Positions 8,548 through 17,675 of a stretch of 64,000 nt of DNA are shown here, one piece after another. The notes beneath the pieces are model-generated. The model saw nothing but the letters and a program-made list of their open reading frames with translations, ran no database searches and was not told where the DNA came from. Position numbers and translations under genes: made by a program. The stretch lies in assembly GCA_948670295.1 (NCBI GenBank), contig CAPOAR010000001.1, positions 16,069 through 80,068 on the forward strand, read 5' to 3'. Source of the DNA: an uncultured Oscillospiraceae bacterium (GTDB lineage: Bacteria > Bacillota > Clostridia > Oscillospirales > Oscillospiraceae). How positions within the stretch are numbered: position 1 is the stretch's first letter; each line of letters opens with the position of its first letter.

Positions 8548-10089
8548 ATGAAAAAACGAATTTTGTCCCTTCTGCCGCTGGCGCTGGTGCTGGCGGCATT
8601 GCTCTGCGCCCCGGCTTTTGCCCTAACCGAGAGCGAGGTGGAGGCCCAGGTGGCCGCGTCCAGCAAGGAAGCCGTCACCGGGAACGTGCTGATCTGGTTT
8701 TTCTGCGCTGTGGCCTTTTTGAAGGTGTCACAGAAAATCGACAGCATCCTGGGCACTCTGGGCATCAATGTGGGCCGCACCGGCGGTTCCCTGATGGCCG
8801 AGGCCATGATCGCCGCCCGGGGCGTCACCATGATCGCCAAGGCGGGCGGCCACGCCATAGGCGGCGCGGTCCGGTCAGGGGGCGGCGCGGCCCAAGGCGC
8901 TCCCTCCGGCTCCACAGGCGGCTTCTTCAAGGGCGGACTCATCGGCATGGCCGGACGGCACATCACCAACAGCGCCGTGAAAACGGCCACCTCTCAGACC
9001 GCCAACCTCCATACCGCGCAAAGCCAGACCGCGACCTCCGCCATGCACACGGCCAGCTCCGCCCAGTCTGAGGGCGTCCACACGGCCAGTTCCGTCCACT
9101 CCGGCGTCTCCCATACCGTCAACGCGGTCCAGGGCAGCCGTTTCAGCACCGCCAGCTCCGGCACAGTCCACACAGACAGCAGTTTTCAGTCCGGCGGCGT
9201 GAACACCGACACCTCCGGCATCATCCAGACGGAAAACTCGGTGCAGTCCGCCGCCATGCAGTCGGACACCTCCGTTATCTCGGGGCAGGACAGCACCAGC
9301 AGCGAGGCTTTTTCCGACAGCGCTGTTTTCGCGGATGCCATAGCCCAGCAGGAGGGCGTCATCATCACCGGGCACGAATCACAGTCCTCTGTCCATTCGG
9401 ACAGCAATTCCCAAACCTCCGGCCCCGGTGCTCCGTCCGCTCCCTCTGGCCCCAATAGCGCGCCCTCCGCTCCATCGGGCGGCAGCGCTCAGGTGTCTCA
9501 GTCGGCCAACAGCTCTCAGACCGTCTACGCTGGCGGTGGAAGCGAACGTGTCCATACCCAGTCCAGCGCCACGGAAACCGCCCACACTCAGTCCGACACC
9601 CATACGGTCCGCCAGACCAGCATCGGCGGCGCTGTATTTGCCCGGTCTCTGGCCTCCGGCGGCAAGTTCGCCAACGACGTAATCGGCACTGTGGCCCGGG
9701 GCGATATCCGCTCCACTGGCTCCATCACCGGGGACCTGGCTGCCCAGTCCCTCAGCTCCTACATGGGCCACACAGCCCTGGGGGCCGGGGCCAGGAACAT
9801 CCCCCGGTATTCCGATGTGGAAATCGGCGGTGGGCGCATCACCGGCACGGAGTACAAGCCGGGCAGCAAAGAGGGGCTGGCCTTCGGAATGTATCACGCG
9901 GGGCAGTATGCCGCTCCCGAAGGCCCCCATCAGAAGGTCCATTCCGCGGATGGGACACTGTGGTTCAAGCAGTACGCCCAGGACGCGGTGGAACGCAAGC
10001 CCTACAAGGCCCCGGACGGCACTGTGGCCTACGAGGAAAAAATCGTGAAGAAGCTGCCCAACGCGCCCAAGCGGAAGGACCGCATTTAA
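8548..10089 (+). CDS. Membrane protein with Ser/Thr-rich low-complexity stalk (resembles a VirB6 C-terminal part)
   Basis: Signal peptide ending AFA, a TM segment, QKIDSILGTLG, then HTASS-like repeats. Confidence 0.6.
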   Translation: MKKRILSLLPLALVLAALLCAPAFALTESEVEAQVAASSKEAVTGNVLIWFFCAVAFLKVSQKIDSILGTLGINVGRTGGSLMAEAMIAARGVTMIAKAGGHAIGGAVRSGGGAAQGAPSGSTGGFFKGGLIGMAGRHITNSAVKTATSQTANLHTAQSQTATSAMHTASSAQSEGVHTASSVHSGVSHTVNAVQGSRFSTASSGTVHTDSSFQSGGVNTDTSGIIQTENSVQSAAMQSDTSVISGQDSTSSEAFSDSAVFADAIAQQEGVIITGHESQSSVHSDSNSQTSGPGAPSAPSGPNSAPSAPSGGSAQVSQSANSSQTVYAGGGSERVHTQSSATETAHTQSDTHTVRQTSIGGAVFARSLASGGKFANDVIGTVARGDIRSTGSITGDLAAQSLSSYMGHTALGAGARNIPRYSDVEIGGGRITGTEYKPGSKEGLAFGMYHAGQYAAPEGPHQKVHSADGTLWFKQYAQDAVERKPYKAPDGTVAYEEKIVKKLPNAPKRKDRI

Positions 10090-10100
10090 GGAGGAAACCC

Positions 10101-13007
10101 ATGCGACAAGAAGAACGGGATGTCTACGTCATCCCACCCAATTTTATCGAGGGCGGAAGCCTGATGGGCGGTATGTTCAAGACCTGGAACGCCATTGAGG
10201 CCGGGATCTTGGGCGCGCTCACCGCCTTGCCTGTGCTCCGGCTCGGCTTTTCCCTCACCACCCGCATCATCATCCTGTGCGTCACCACCCTGCCCCTGGT
10301 GCTGGTGGCCCTCATCGGCATCGGCGGCGAGAGCCTGTCCCAATTCATCCTCCAGTTCATCAGCTATCTGCGCAACCGGCGCGTGCTGGACCAGACCGGG
10401 ACAGGCTCCAAGAAGGGGCTGCTCCCCAGCTGGGCGCAAAAGGAGCACACCGCCAATCCGGATGTGGAGGAACTGCCCAAAAGCCGCCGCCGGTTCCATG
10501 TGGATGTGAAAAAGCGGGAGGTCTCCCAGCACAAAACCTTCCTGGAGCGGGAGGAAGTGGTCAAGCCCCTGAATCCCCTGGCGGATTACGTGCCCATTGA
10601 GAAGATCACCCACGGCGTCATCAAGACCCGGGACCGCCGCTATATCAAGGTGGTGGAGGTGGTGCCCGTGAATTTCCTGCTGCGCAGCGCCCAGGAGCAG
10701 CGCAGCATCATCTATTCCTTCATCAGCTATCTCAAGATCGCGCCGGAGAAGGTGCAGTTCAAGGTGCTCACCAAGCGGGCGGACATCGACCGACACATGG
10801 AGAGCGTCCGGGAAGAGCTGGCGAGGGAAACGGACCCCCACTGCCGGATGCTCCAGGAAGACTATCTTCGGCTGATTCGGGACCTGGGCTCCAGGGAGGC
10901 CATCACCCGGCGCTTTTTCCTCATTTTTGAGCATGAACCGCTCCCCGGAACGAAACGGGGCCAGGAGGAGGACGAGGCCATTGCCTCCCTCCAGACCGCC
11001 GCCCGCACCGCCGCCAATTACCTGCGCCAGTGCGGCAACATGGTGCTCATGCCGGAGGAACAGGATGAAGCGGTGGCCGAGATTCTTTACCATATCCTCT
11101 GCCGCCGGGAAAGCAACGAGCACCCCTTCACCGACAAGGCCAAGCGGGTGGTGGCGGAATACCTGGCCTCCGGACGGGACGTGAACACCATCCCCGCCAA
11201 CGAGTTCTACGCCCCCGGTGAGATCGACTTCACCCACGGACGCTACATCTGCATCGACGGCGTGTACTACGCTTATCTGCTGGTGCCCTCGGACGGCTTC
11301 AAAACCCAGGTGCCCGCCGGGTGGCTGTCCCTGCTGGTGAACGCCGGGGACGGCATCGACCTGGACGTGTTCCTCACCCGCCAGCCCAAGGACCGCATGA
11401 TCCGCAAGCTGGGCCAGCAGCTCCGCATCAACCGAAGCAAGATCCGGGAGACCAGCGACACCAACAGCGACTTCGATGACCTGGACGGGGCCATCCGCAG
11501 CGGCTACTTCCTGAAGGACGGCCTGGGAAACAACGAGGATTTCTACTACCTGAATCTCCTGGTCACGGTGACAGCGGGCAGCGTGGACGAGCTGGAGTGG
11601 AAGTGCGCCGAAATGAAAAAGCTGCTCCTGTCCCAGGACATGAACGTACAGCCCTGTTCCTTCTGTGAGGAGCAGGCTTTTCTGTCCTCCCTGCCCCTGG
11701 TTTCGCTGGAGAAACACCTCTTTGAGCGGTCCAAACGCAACGTCCTCACCCTGGGGGCGGCAAGCTGCTACCCCTACACCAGCTATGAGATGTGCGACGA
11801 CAACGGCATTTTGCTGGGGGTGAACAAGCACAACAACTCCCTCATCATCGTGGATATCTTTGATTCCAACGTCTACAAAAACGCCAATATCGCCATTCTG
11901 GGCACCAGCGGGGCGGGCAAGAGCTTCACCATGCAGCTCATGGCCACCCGCATGAGGCGTAAGGGTATCCAGGTGTTTATCGTGGCCCCGCTGAAAGGCC
12001 ATGAGTTCCACCGGGCCTGCTCCAACATCGGCGGGGAGTTCATCCAGATATCCCCCGCCTCCCCCAACTGCATCAACGTCATGGAGATCCGCAGGGTGGA
12101 CAAGTCCGTGGATGAGTTGCTGGACGGCCCTGGGGTGGAAAAATCCCTGCTGGCGGCGAAGATCCAGCGGCTGCACATCTTTTTCTCACTGCTGATTCCC
12201 GACATGAGCCACGAGGAGCGGCAGCTTCTGGACGACGCCCTCATCCGCACCTACGCCAACCTGGGCATCACCCATGACAACGCCACCCTGGAGGACCCGA
12301 AGCGGCCGGGGCAGTACCGCACCATGCCGGTGTTGGGCGACCTCTACGACACCTTGAAGGAAGTGCCGGACACCAAACGGCTGGCCAATATCATCAACCG
12401 TCTGGTCCACGGCTCCGCCAAGACCTTTAACCAACAGACCAACGTGTCTCTGGACAACAAGTACACGGTGCTGGACATCTCCGAGCTGACGGGCGACCTG
12501 CTGACGGTGGGGATGTTCGTGGCCCTGGACTACGTTTGGGACAAGGCCAAGGAGAACCGCACCGAGGAAAAGGCCATCTTCATCGACGAGTGCTGGCAGC
12601 TCATCGGCGCCAACAGCAACCGTCTGGCGGCGGAGTTCGTGCTGGAGATTTTCAAAATCATCCGGGGCTACGGCGGCTCGGCCATCTGCGCCACCCAGGA
12701 TATCAACGACTTCTTTGCCCTGGAGGACGGCAAGTACGGGAAGGGCATCATCAACAACGCCAAGACCAAGATTTTGCTGAACCTGGAGGACGAGGAGGCC
12801 CGTCGGGTGCAATCCCTGCTCCATCTGTCTGAGGCCGAGGTCATGGAGATCACCCACTTTGAGCGGGGCAGCGGGCTTATTAGCACCAATAACAATAATG
12901 TGACGGTGGAGATCAAATGCAGCCAGATGGAGAAGGAGCTGATCACTACCGACCGCCGGGAGCTTCAGGAGCTGCTGAACCGCGGCGGAGGCCGGAAGGC
13001 CGGGTGA
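10101..13007 (+). CDS. virB4: PrgI-VirB4 fusion conjugation ATPase
   Basis: Walker A GTSGAGKS, Walker B IFIDECW, IRGYGG and CATQ. N-terminal two-TM PrgI-like segment. ATG 10101 follows AAGGAGG. Confidence 0.92.
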   Translation: MRQEERDVYVIPPNFIEGGSLMGGMFKTWNAIEAGILGALTALPVLRLGFSLTTRIIILCVTTLPLVLVALIGIGGESLSQFILQFISYLRNRRVLDQTGTGSKKGLLPSWAQKEHTANPDVEELPKSRRRFHVDVKKREVSQHKTFLEREEVVKPLNPLADYVPIEKITHGVIKTRDRRYIKVVEVVPVNFLLRSAQEQRSIIYSFISYLKIAPEKVQFKVLTKRADIDRHMESVREELARETDPHCRMLQEDYLRLIRDLGSREAITRRFFLIFEHEPLPGTKRGQEEDEAIASLQTAARTAANYLRQCGNMVLMPEEQDEAVAEILYHILCRRESNEHPFTDKAKRVVAEYLASGRDVNTIPANEFYAPGEIDFTHGRYICIDGVYYAYLLVPSDGFKTQVPAGWLSLLVNAGDGIDLDVFLTRQPKDRMIRKLGQQLRINRSKIRETSDTNSDFDDLDGAIRSGYFLKDGLGNNEDFYYLNLLVTVTAGSVDELEWKCAEMKKLLLSQDMNVQPCSFCEEQAFLSSLPLVSLEKHLFERSKRNVLTLGAASCYPYTSYEMCDDNGILLGVNKHNNSLIIVDIFDSNVYKNANIAILGTSGAGKSFTMQLMATRMRRKGIQVFIVAPLKGHEFHRACSNIGGEFIQISPASPNCINVMEIRRVDKSVDELLDGPGVEKSLLAAKIQRLHIFFSLLIPDMSHEERQLLDDALIRTYANLGITHDNATLEDPKRPGQYRTMPVLGDLYDTLKEVPDTKRLANIINRLVHGSAKTFNQQTNVSLDNKYTVLDISELTGDLLTVGMFVALDYVWDKAKENRTEEKAIFIDECWQLIGANSNRLAAEFVLEIFKIIRGYGGSAICATQDINDFFALEDGKYGKGIINNAKTKILLNLEDEEARRVQSLLHLSEAEVMEITHFERGSGLISTNNNNVTVEIKCSQMEKELITTDRRELQELLNRGGGRKAG

Positions 13008-13011
13008 ATGG

Positions 13012-13228
13012 GCTGTACGCATTGGAGTGGCGCGAATACGTCTCAAGACCGCTGGAATACGTACCCCAGTTTCTGGACGGCGCGTATACGTCCTAATACG
13101 TACAGCTTCAAAACTTGTACGCAATCAAGAATACTCTAATGCGTATAAGCATGATTTTCAGGAGTTTTGTACGTATAAGCGCCACCCTATTACGGCGTTA
13201 ATGCGTATGATTACGCACGAATACGCAC
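13012..13228. repeat. Phased TACG/CGTA motif array
   Basis: TACG at 13016, 13037, 13058, 13087, 13097, 13118, 13170, 13191, 13212 and 13222. CGTA at 13060, 13083, 13099, 13142, 13172 and 13204. Confidence 0.8.
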
Positions 13229-13241
13229 AGGAGGAACCGAC

Positions 13242-13763
13242 ATGAAAATAAGGGATCAGAACTACAGCCAGGAGACCGCCGCCCTGCTCCGGGATATCTC
13301 CATGTACCGGGCCTTGCGGGAGGGCCAGCTGCTCCAGCTGTACCCTGGAAAACAGGCCATCATCCGCAAACTGCTGGCATACATGAGCAAACAGCACAGG
13401 ATCGTATACGAGGACGGGCTCTACTTTCCCGCCCCCGGCAGGCCGGACCACATCGACTTCGGCCTGCTGGCCGCCGTGTGGGTGCTGGTGGACTTCATCG
13501 ACCGGGTGGAGTATCACTCAGTGGGCGATTTCCCGGCCAAATTGATCTTTATCGCGGATAGCGAGGTCTACGAGGTGGTCCATATGGAGGCGGGGCGGGA
13601 AGCCCTGCTGTCCCAGGTGATGGGCAGGAAGGAGGAAAAGCCGTCTCATTACCTGGTGCTGGTGGACAGCCCGGAGCAGATCAACGGGCTGGAGCTGCCC
13701 AACGTCTGCGGCTATTGCACCGTCGCCCCCAATGGGACGGTGGAGTATTATCAAAAAGAGTGA
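13242..13763 (+). CDS. Conserved ICE protein (DUF5697-like)
   Basis: Strong AGGAGG RBS and a wHTH-like N-terminus. Family name is from recollection only. Confidence 0.6.
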   Translation: MKIRDQNYSQETAALLRDISMYRALREGQLLQLYPGKQAIIRKLLAYMSKQHRIVYEDGLYFPAPGRPDHIDFGLLAAVWVLVDFIDRVEYHSVGDFPAKLIFIADSEVYEVVHMEAGREALLSQVMGRKEEKPSHYLVLVDSPEQINGLELPNVCGYCTVAPNGTVEYYQKE

Positions 13764-13776
13764 AAGGACTGAAAAT

Positions 13777-14439
13777 TTGAACCGAACCATCCTATCCCAG
13801 CGCATTTCCTCCATTTTGGATGACATCCAGCGGCTGAACAGCGCACTGTTCGCCATGAACACCACTGATATCCAGCGATACCCGGACAACTACGAAACGC
13901 TGTCCACCGACGCGGCCCTGCGGGCGGAGCAGATCGCCTGCCGGCTTCGGCACATCCTCTACGCCTCCACCAACGTTCAGAAGGAGGAATACCTCACGTC
14001 CGCCGCCCTGATGCAGGGCATTGACATCCAGTACAATGACGGAATCATGGAGATCACCCTGCCCAGCCTGCTGCCCAAACGGAGGCGGCGGCCCAGCTCG
14101 GAGTTCCTGCTGGACCCGTTTCACGCCGCCCTCAGCCAGTACGCCCGGGAGCACCCCATGCCCCAGTTCAAGCACTGCGTGGTGTGCTTTTCCAACATCT
14201 ATGACCGGGAGCTGCCGGAGCGCCGGGTGCGGGACTACGACAACCTGGAGCTGAAGCGGCTGCTGGACGTGGCCGCCTCCTTCATGCTGGTGGATGACAG
14301 CGGCCTTTTGTGCGACGCCTACCACACCACTGAGCTGGGCGAAGCGGACTGCACCCGCATCTCCATCATGGACAGCGGGCGTTTTGCGGACTGGCTGAAA
14401 GAGCGGGAAAAAGTGCTGGATTCCATCAGGGATCTATAG
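13777..14439 (+). CDS. Conserved ICE hypothetical protein (RusA-like RDxDN motif)
   Basis: TTG start after AAAGGA. RVRDYDNL...LVDDS resembles the RusA acidic motif. Confidence 0.55.
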   Translation: MNRTILSQRISSILDDIQRLNSALFAMNTTDIQRYPDNYETLSTDAALRAEQIACRLRHILYASTNVQKEEYLTSAALMQGIDIQYNDGIMEITLPSLLPKRRRRPSSEFLLDPFHAALSQYAREHPMPQFKHCVVCFSNIYDRELPERRVRDYDNLELKRLLDVAASFMLVDDSGLLCDAYHTTELGEADCTRISIMDSGRFADWLKEREKVLDSIRDL

Positions 14440-14614
14440 CCCAAAACCATTGAAAATAGGGGTCCTATTTTAGCATTTTTTTGCGCTCCTGTTTTTGGAC
14501 CCTGTGCGTTGCTTCTAAAAGTGTTGATACGACACGGGTTGCGCCGTTTTCAAAACACCAAAAAACGCCCAAGTCAAGGCGAGCTTGGGCGTAAATCAGG
14601 CTATGGAGGGGGTT

Positions 14615-15763
14615 ATGCGCTCAATGAAGAAAAGCAAAGAAAAAGTACATAGCCTGGACAGCTTCTCCACCCTGCTGCTGACCCTCATTGCCCTGTCCGG
14701 CGAGTTCCCTACTGAGCAGATCATACGTCTGCCGAGTACAGGCGCATATAAAGAGAAAGTCATCAAGTCGCTCAAAAATGACGGCCTCATCCGCACTTAC
14801 TACCATGATGGCCTGCGCGGTCTGCGGCTGACGGCTGCGGCTAAGAAACAGCTGGCCGCTGACTGGCCGGATCGGTTTGTCCCACTCTTTACCGGCGACA
14901 CCATGACCAACGCACCCAAGTATACCGTCCTCCACCGTCTGCGCCTCCATCGTATGGCTGAGACGCTGGTGTCTATGCTCAACGCGGGCATATCGTCTTT
15001 CCCCTGGCAAAAGCCTGTCGTGTTTACTCCCACGCCGCTCGACCAGGCCCCGTACATTGAACGGCCCGCTTATTACAGCTCCCGCGAGCTCAAGCATCTG
15101 GGGGCGGCGGCAACAAAAATACGAAATTCCCGCGCTGTGGGCGTCTTGCTGACAGACGGCAATGTTTTCACCGTCTACAACACCGGACCTGCCCTGATGA
15201 AGTGGGAGTACCAGGCGGAAATGCGGCTCAAAGCCCTGCTGCAAATCGAACTGTGCCAAAACCGGCTCCCTAGACAGTTTGGAGGCGCCGGACAATGTGC
15301 AATTTTATTTGGTTCTGATATGGAGCAACTGCCGGCCCTGTTAGACGCCGACACCAGGACACAGCACCATTTCATTCAGGACGGGAGCTATGTCCGCTTC
15401 TATTTTCTCACCAACGACCACCATGGCGACGTCCTTCTGGAGCTGCTTTGCAGCCCGGATGAAAAAGCGGCACTGGACAGCACCCTTGCCCAAGGCCTCG
15501 ACCCGCCCCGGCCCGGCTGGCCGGTGGTAAACGACGCCATGGACGGGGACAGCCCGGTGCTGTTTGGCTATACCTGTGATATGCCCCGGATCAAAAATTT
15601 TGACTACGCCCTGCACATCCAGCACAGAACGGGGCTGCTGTACTGCTTTGATTTCCAGGAGTCCGCCCTGCGGGAGCTGTGCGGGCCGAATGTGGAGATC
15701 CAGTGCATCGACTTTGAAGCCTACGAAAGGAGTGTGTTCCATCAACCGCAAGAAATTGATTAG
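14615..15763 (+). CDS. Hypothetical protein, candidate non-canonical relaxase (Replic_Relax/MOBC-like)
   Basis: wHTH-like N-terminus then RLRLHRMAE. Overlaps the virD4 start. No other relaxase recognised in the window. Confidence 0.45.
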   Translation: MRSMKKSKEKVHSLDSFSTLLLTLIALSGEFPTEQIIRLPSTGAYKEKVIKSLKNDGLIRTYYHDGLRGLRLTAAAKKQLAADWPDRFVPLFTGDTMTNAPKYTVLHRLRLHRMAETLVSMLNAGISSFPWQKPVVFTPTPLDQAPYIERPAYYSSRELKHLGAAATKIRNSRAVGVLLTDGNVFTVYNTGPALMKWEYQAEMRLKALLQIELCQNRLPRQFGGAGQCAILFGSDMEQLPALLDADTRTQHHFIQDGSYVRFYFLTNDHHGDVLLELLCSPDEKAALDSTLAQGLDPPRPGWPVVNDAMDGDSPVLFGYTCDMPRIKNFDYALHIQHRTGLLYCFDFQESALRELCGPNVEIQCIDFEAYERSVFHQPQEID

Positions 15764-17672
15764 CCTGCTGCTCATTCTGCCCATCGCCCTGGCCGCCCTG
15801 CTCTACGGCGGGGGCTTCATGGCTCAATTTATCTACAACTACGATGTCTGGCAGGCAGGAGGCGCGGCGTTCGGCACCGCGCCTCAATTTCCAAATGCCA
15901 ATTTCTTTGCCTGCATTGCCGCTGTGTTCCGCTGGCCCTCCGGGCTGTATGGCCTGGGGTCGTGCGTGGCCGCGCTGGCGGCGTTGACATTCGGCGTGTT
16001 GCACATGGGTCAGGGCGAGGGCGGGGAACTGGACAAGGCCCGCAACCTGATGTATTCGGATAAGGGCACCTATGGCACGGCGGGCTTTCTGTCCAAGCGG
16101 GAGATGAAGGACGTGCTGGACCTGGTGCCCAATATCCGCAAGCACCCTGGCATCATCCTGGGGGAGCTGGACGGCCAGGTGGTGTGCGTCCCCCTCAAGA
16201 CTCGGTTCAACGGCAATCTGGCCGTCTATGGGGCCAGCGGCTCCAAGAAGACCCGGGCCTTCTGCGTCAACATGATTTTGCAGAGCGTGGCCCGGAAGTC
16301 CTCGCTGGTCATCTGTGATCCCAAGTCGGAGCTTTACGAAAAGACCAGCGAGTATCTGCGGGATCAGGGCTACACCGTGAAGGTGTTCAACCTGGTGACG
16401 CCCGCCGCCTCCGATTCCTGGAACTGCCTGTCAGAGATCGAGGGCCAGGAGCTGATGGCCCAGCTTTTTTGCGATGTGATCATTAAGAATACGGGCAGCG
16501 GTCGGGGAGACCATTTCTGGGACAATGCCGAACTGAACCTGCTGAAAGCTCTGGTACTCTATGTGGAGCAGGGCTATCCGGAGGGCAGGCGCACCATCGG
16601 GGAGGTCTACCAGCTTCTGGCCATGAGCAGCGAAAAAGAGCTGAACGCCCTGTTCGACGTGCTCCCCATCTCCCACCCGGCCAAGGCCCCCTACAGCATT
16701 TTCAAGCAGTCCTCGGAGAGCGTCCGGGGCGGCGTCATCATCGGTTTGGGCTCCCGGCTCCAGGTGTTTCAGAACCAGGATATCCGCAACATCACCGGCT
16801 ATGATGAGATCGACCTGGAGCTTCCCGGCAAACAGCCCTGCGCCTACTTCTGCATCACCAGCGACCAGGACAGCACCTTCGATTTCCTGTCCTCCCTGTT
16901 CCTGTCCTTCATCTTTATCAAGCTGGTGCGGTATGCCGACCAGAACTGTCCCGGCGGGGCGTTGCCTGTCCCAGTCCATGTGCTGGGGGAAGAACTGTGC
17001 GCCTGCGGAGTTATCCCTGACCTTTCCCGAAAAATCAGCGTCATCCGCTCCCGAAACATCTCCATGTCCTGCGTGTTCCAAAATCTCGCCGGCCTCCAGA
17101 ACCGCTATCCCGACAACCAATGGCAGGAAATCCTGGGCAACTGTGACATCACCCTGTTCCTGGGCTGCACCGACGCCCTCACGGCTACGTTCATTTCAGA
17201 CCGCACCGGGGAGGCCAGCATCGCCGTCACCAGCAAGGGCCGGCAGTTAAGTAGCTGGCAGGTGACCAACTACACCCCTTTGTACCGGGAGACCAGCGGC
17301 GTAGGCAAACGCAAGCTCATGACCATGGATGAGGTGCTGCGCATGGATGTGGACCGCGCCCTGGTGATCCTCCGGGGCAAAAAAGTATTGGAGGTAGACA
17401 AATATGACTATTCCAAGCATCCCGAGGCGAAAAAGCTCCGGGCAGGTAAGGCCTCCTCCCACGTTCCGGCGTGGCAGGAGGCGCAAAAGCAGACGCGGGC
17501 CGCAGCAAAGAAGGAGGTGAAGCCGGCCCCAGCCCAGTCTGCCGCTGTGCCTAAAAAAGAACCGGCGTCTGAACCGGCTCCGGCGAAGCAGGCGGCGCAT
17601 GAGGCCGCGCCGCGAGTAAAGAGCACAAGCAAGGATTCCATTATCAAGCCAAAACCGAAAAAGGAGGACTGA
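15732..17672 (+). CDS. virD4: VirD4-like type IV coupling protein
   Basis: Two N-terminal TMs, GTYGTAGF, GASGSKKT, ICDPKSEL, DHFWDNAE, RSRNIS, FQNLAGL and RKLMTMDEV. Exact start uncertain. Confidence 0.93.
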   Translation: MCSINRKKLISLLLILPIALAALLYGGGFMAQFIYNYDVWQAGGAAFGTAPQFPNANFFACIAAVFRWPSGLYGLGSCVAALAALTFGVLHMGQGEGGELDKARNLMYSDKGTYGTAGFLSKREMKDVLDLVPNIRKHPGIILGELDGQVVCVPLKTRFNGNLAVYGASGSKKTRAFCVNMILQSVARKSSLVICDPKSELYEKTSEYLRDQGYTVKVFNLVTPAASDSWNCLSEIEGQELMAQLFCDVIIKNTGSGRGDHFWDNAELNLLKALVLYVEQGYPEGRRTIGEVYQLLAMSSEKELNALFDVLPISHPAKAPYSIFKQSSESVRGGVIIGLGSRLQVFQNQDIRNITGYDEIDLELPGKQPCAYFCITSDQDSTFDFLSSLFLSFIFIKLVRYADQNCPGGALPVPVHVLGEELCACGVIPDLSRKISVIRSRNISMSCVFQNLAGLQNRYPDNQWQEILGNCDITLFLGCTDALTATFISDRTGEASIAVTSKGRQLSSWQVTNYTPLYRETSGVGKRKLMTMDEVLRMDVDRALVILRGKKVLEVDKYDYSKHPEAKKLRAGKASSHVPAWQEAQKQTRAAAKKEVKPAPAQSAAVPKKEPASEPAPAKQAAHEAAPRVKSTSKDSIIKPKPKKED

Positions 17673-17675
17673 CAT

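Noticed and set aside
13027..13245. 72-aa ORF across the TACG array
   Set aside because: No well-spaced RBS, atypical codon pattern, and sequence dominated by the DNA motif. Not fully excluded.
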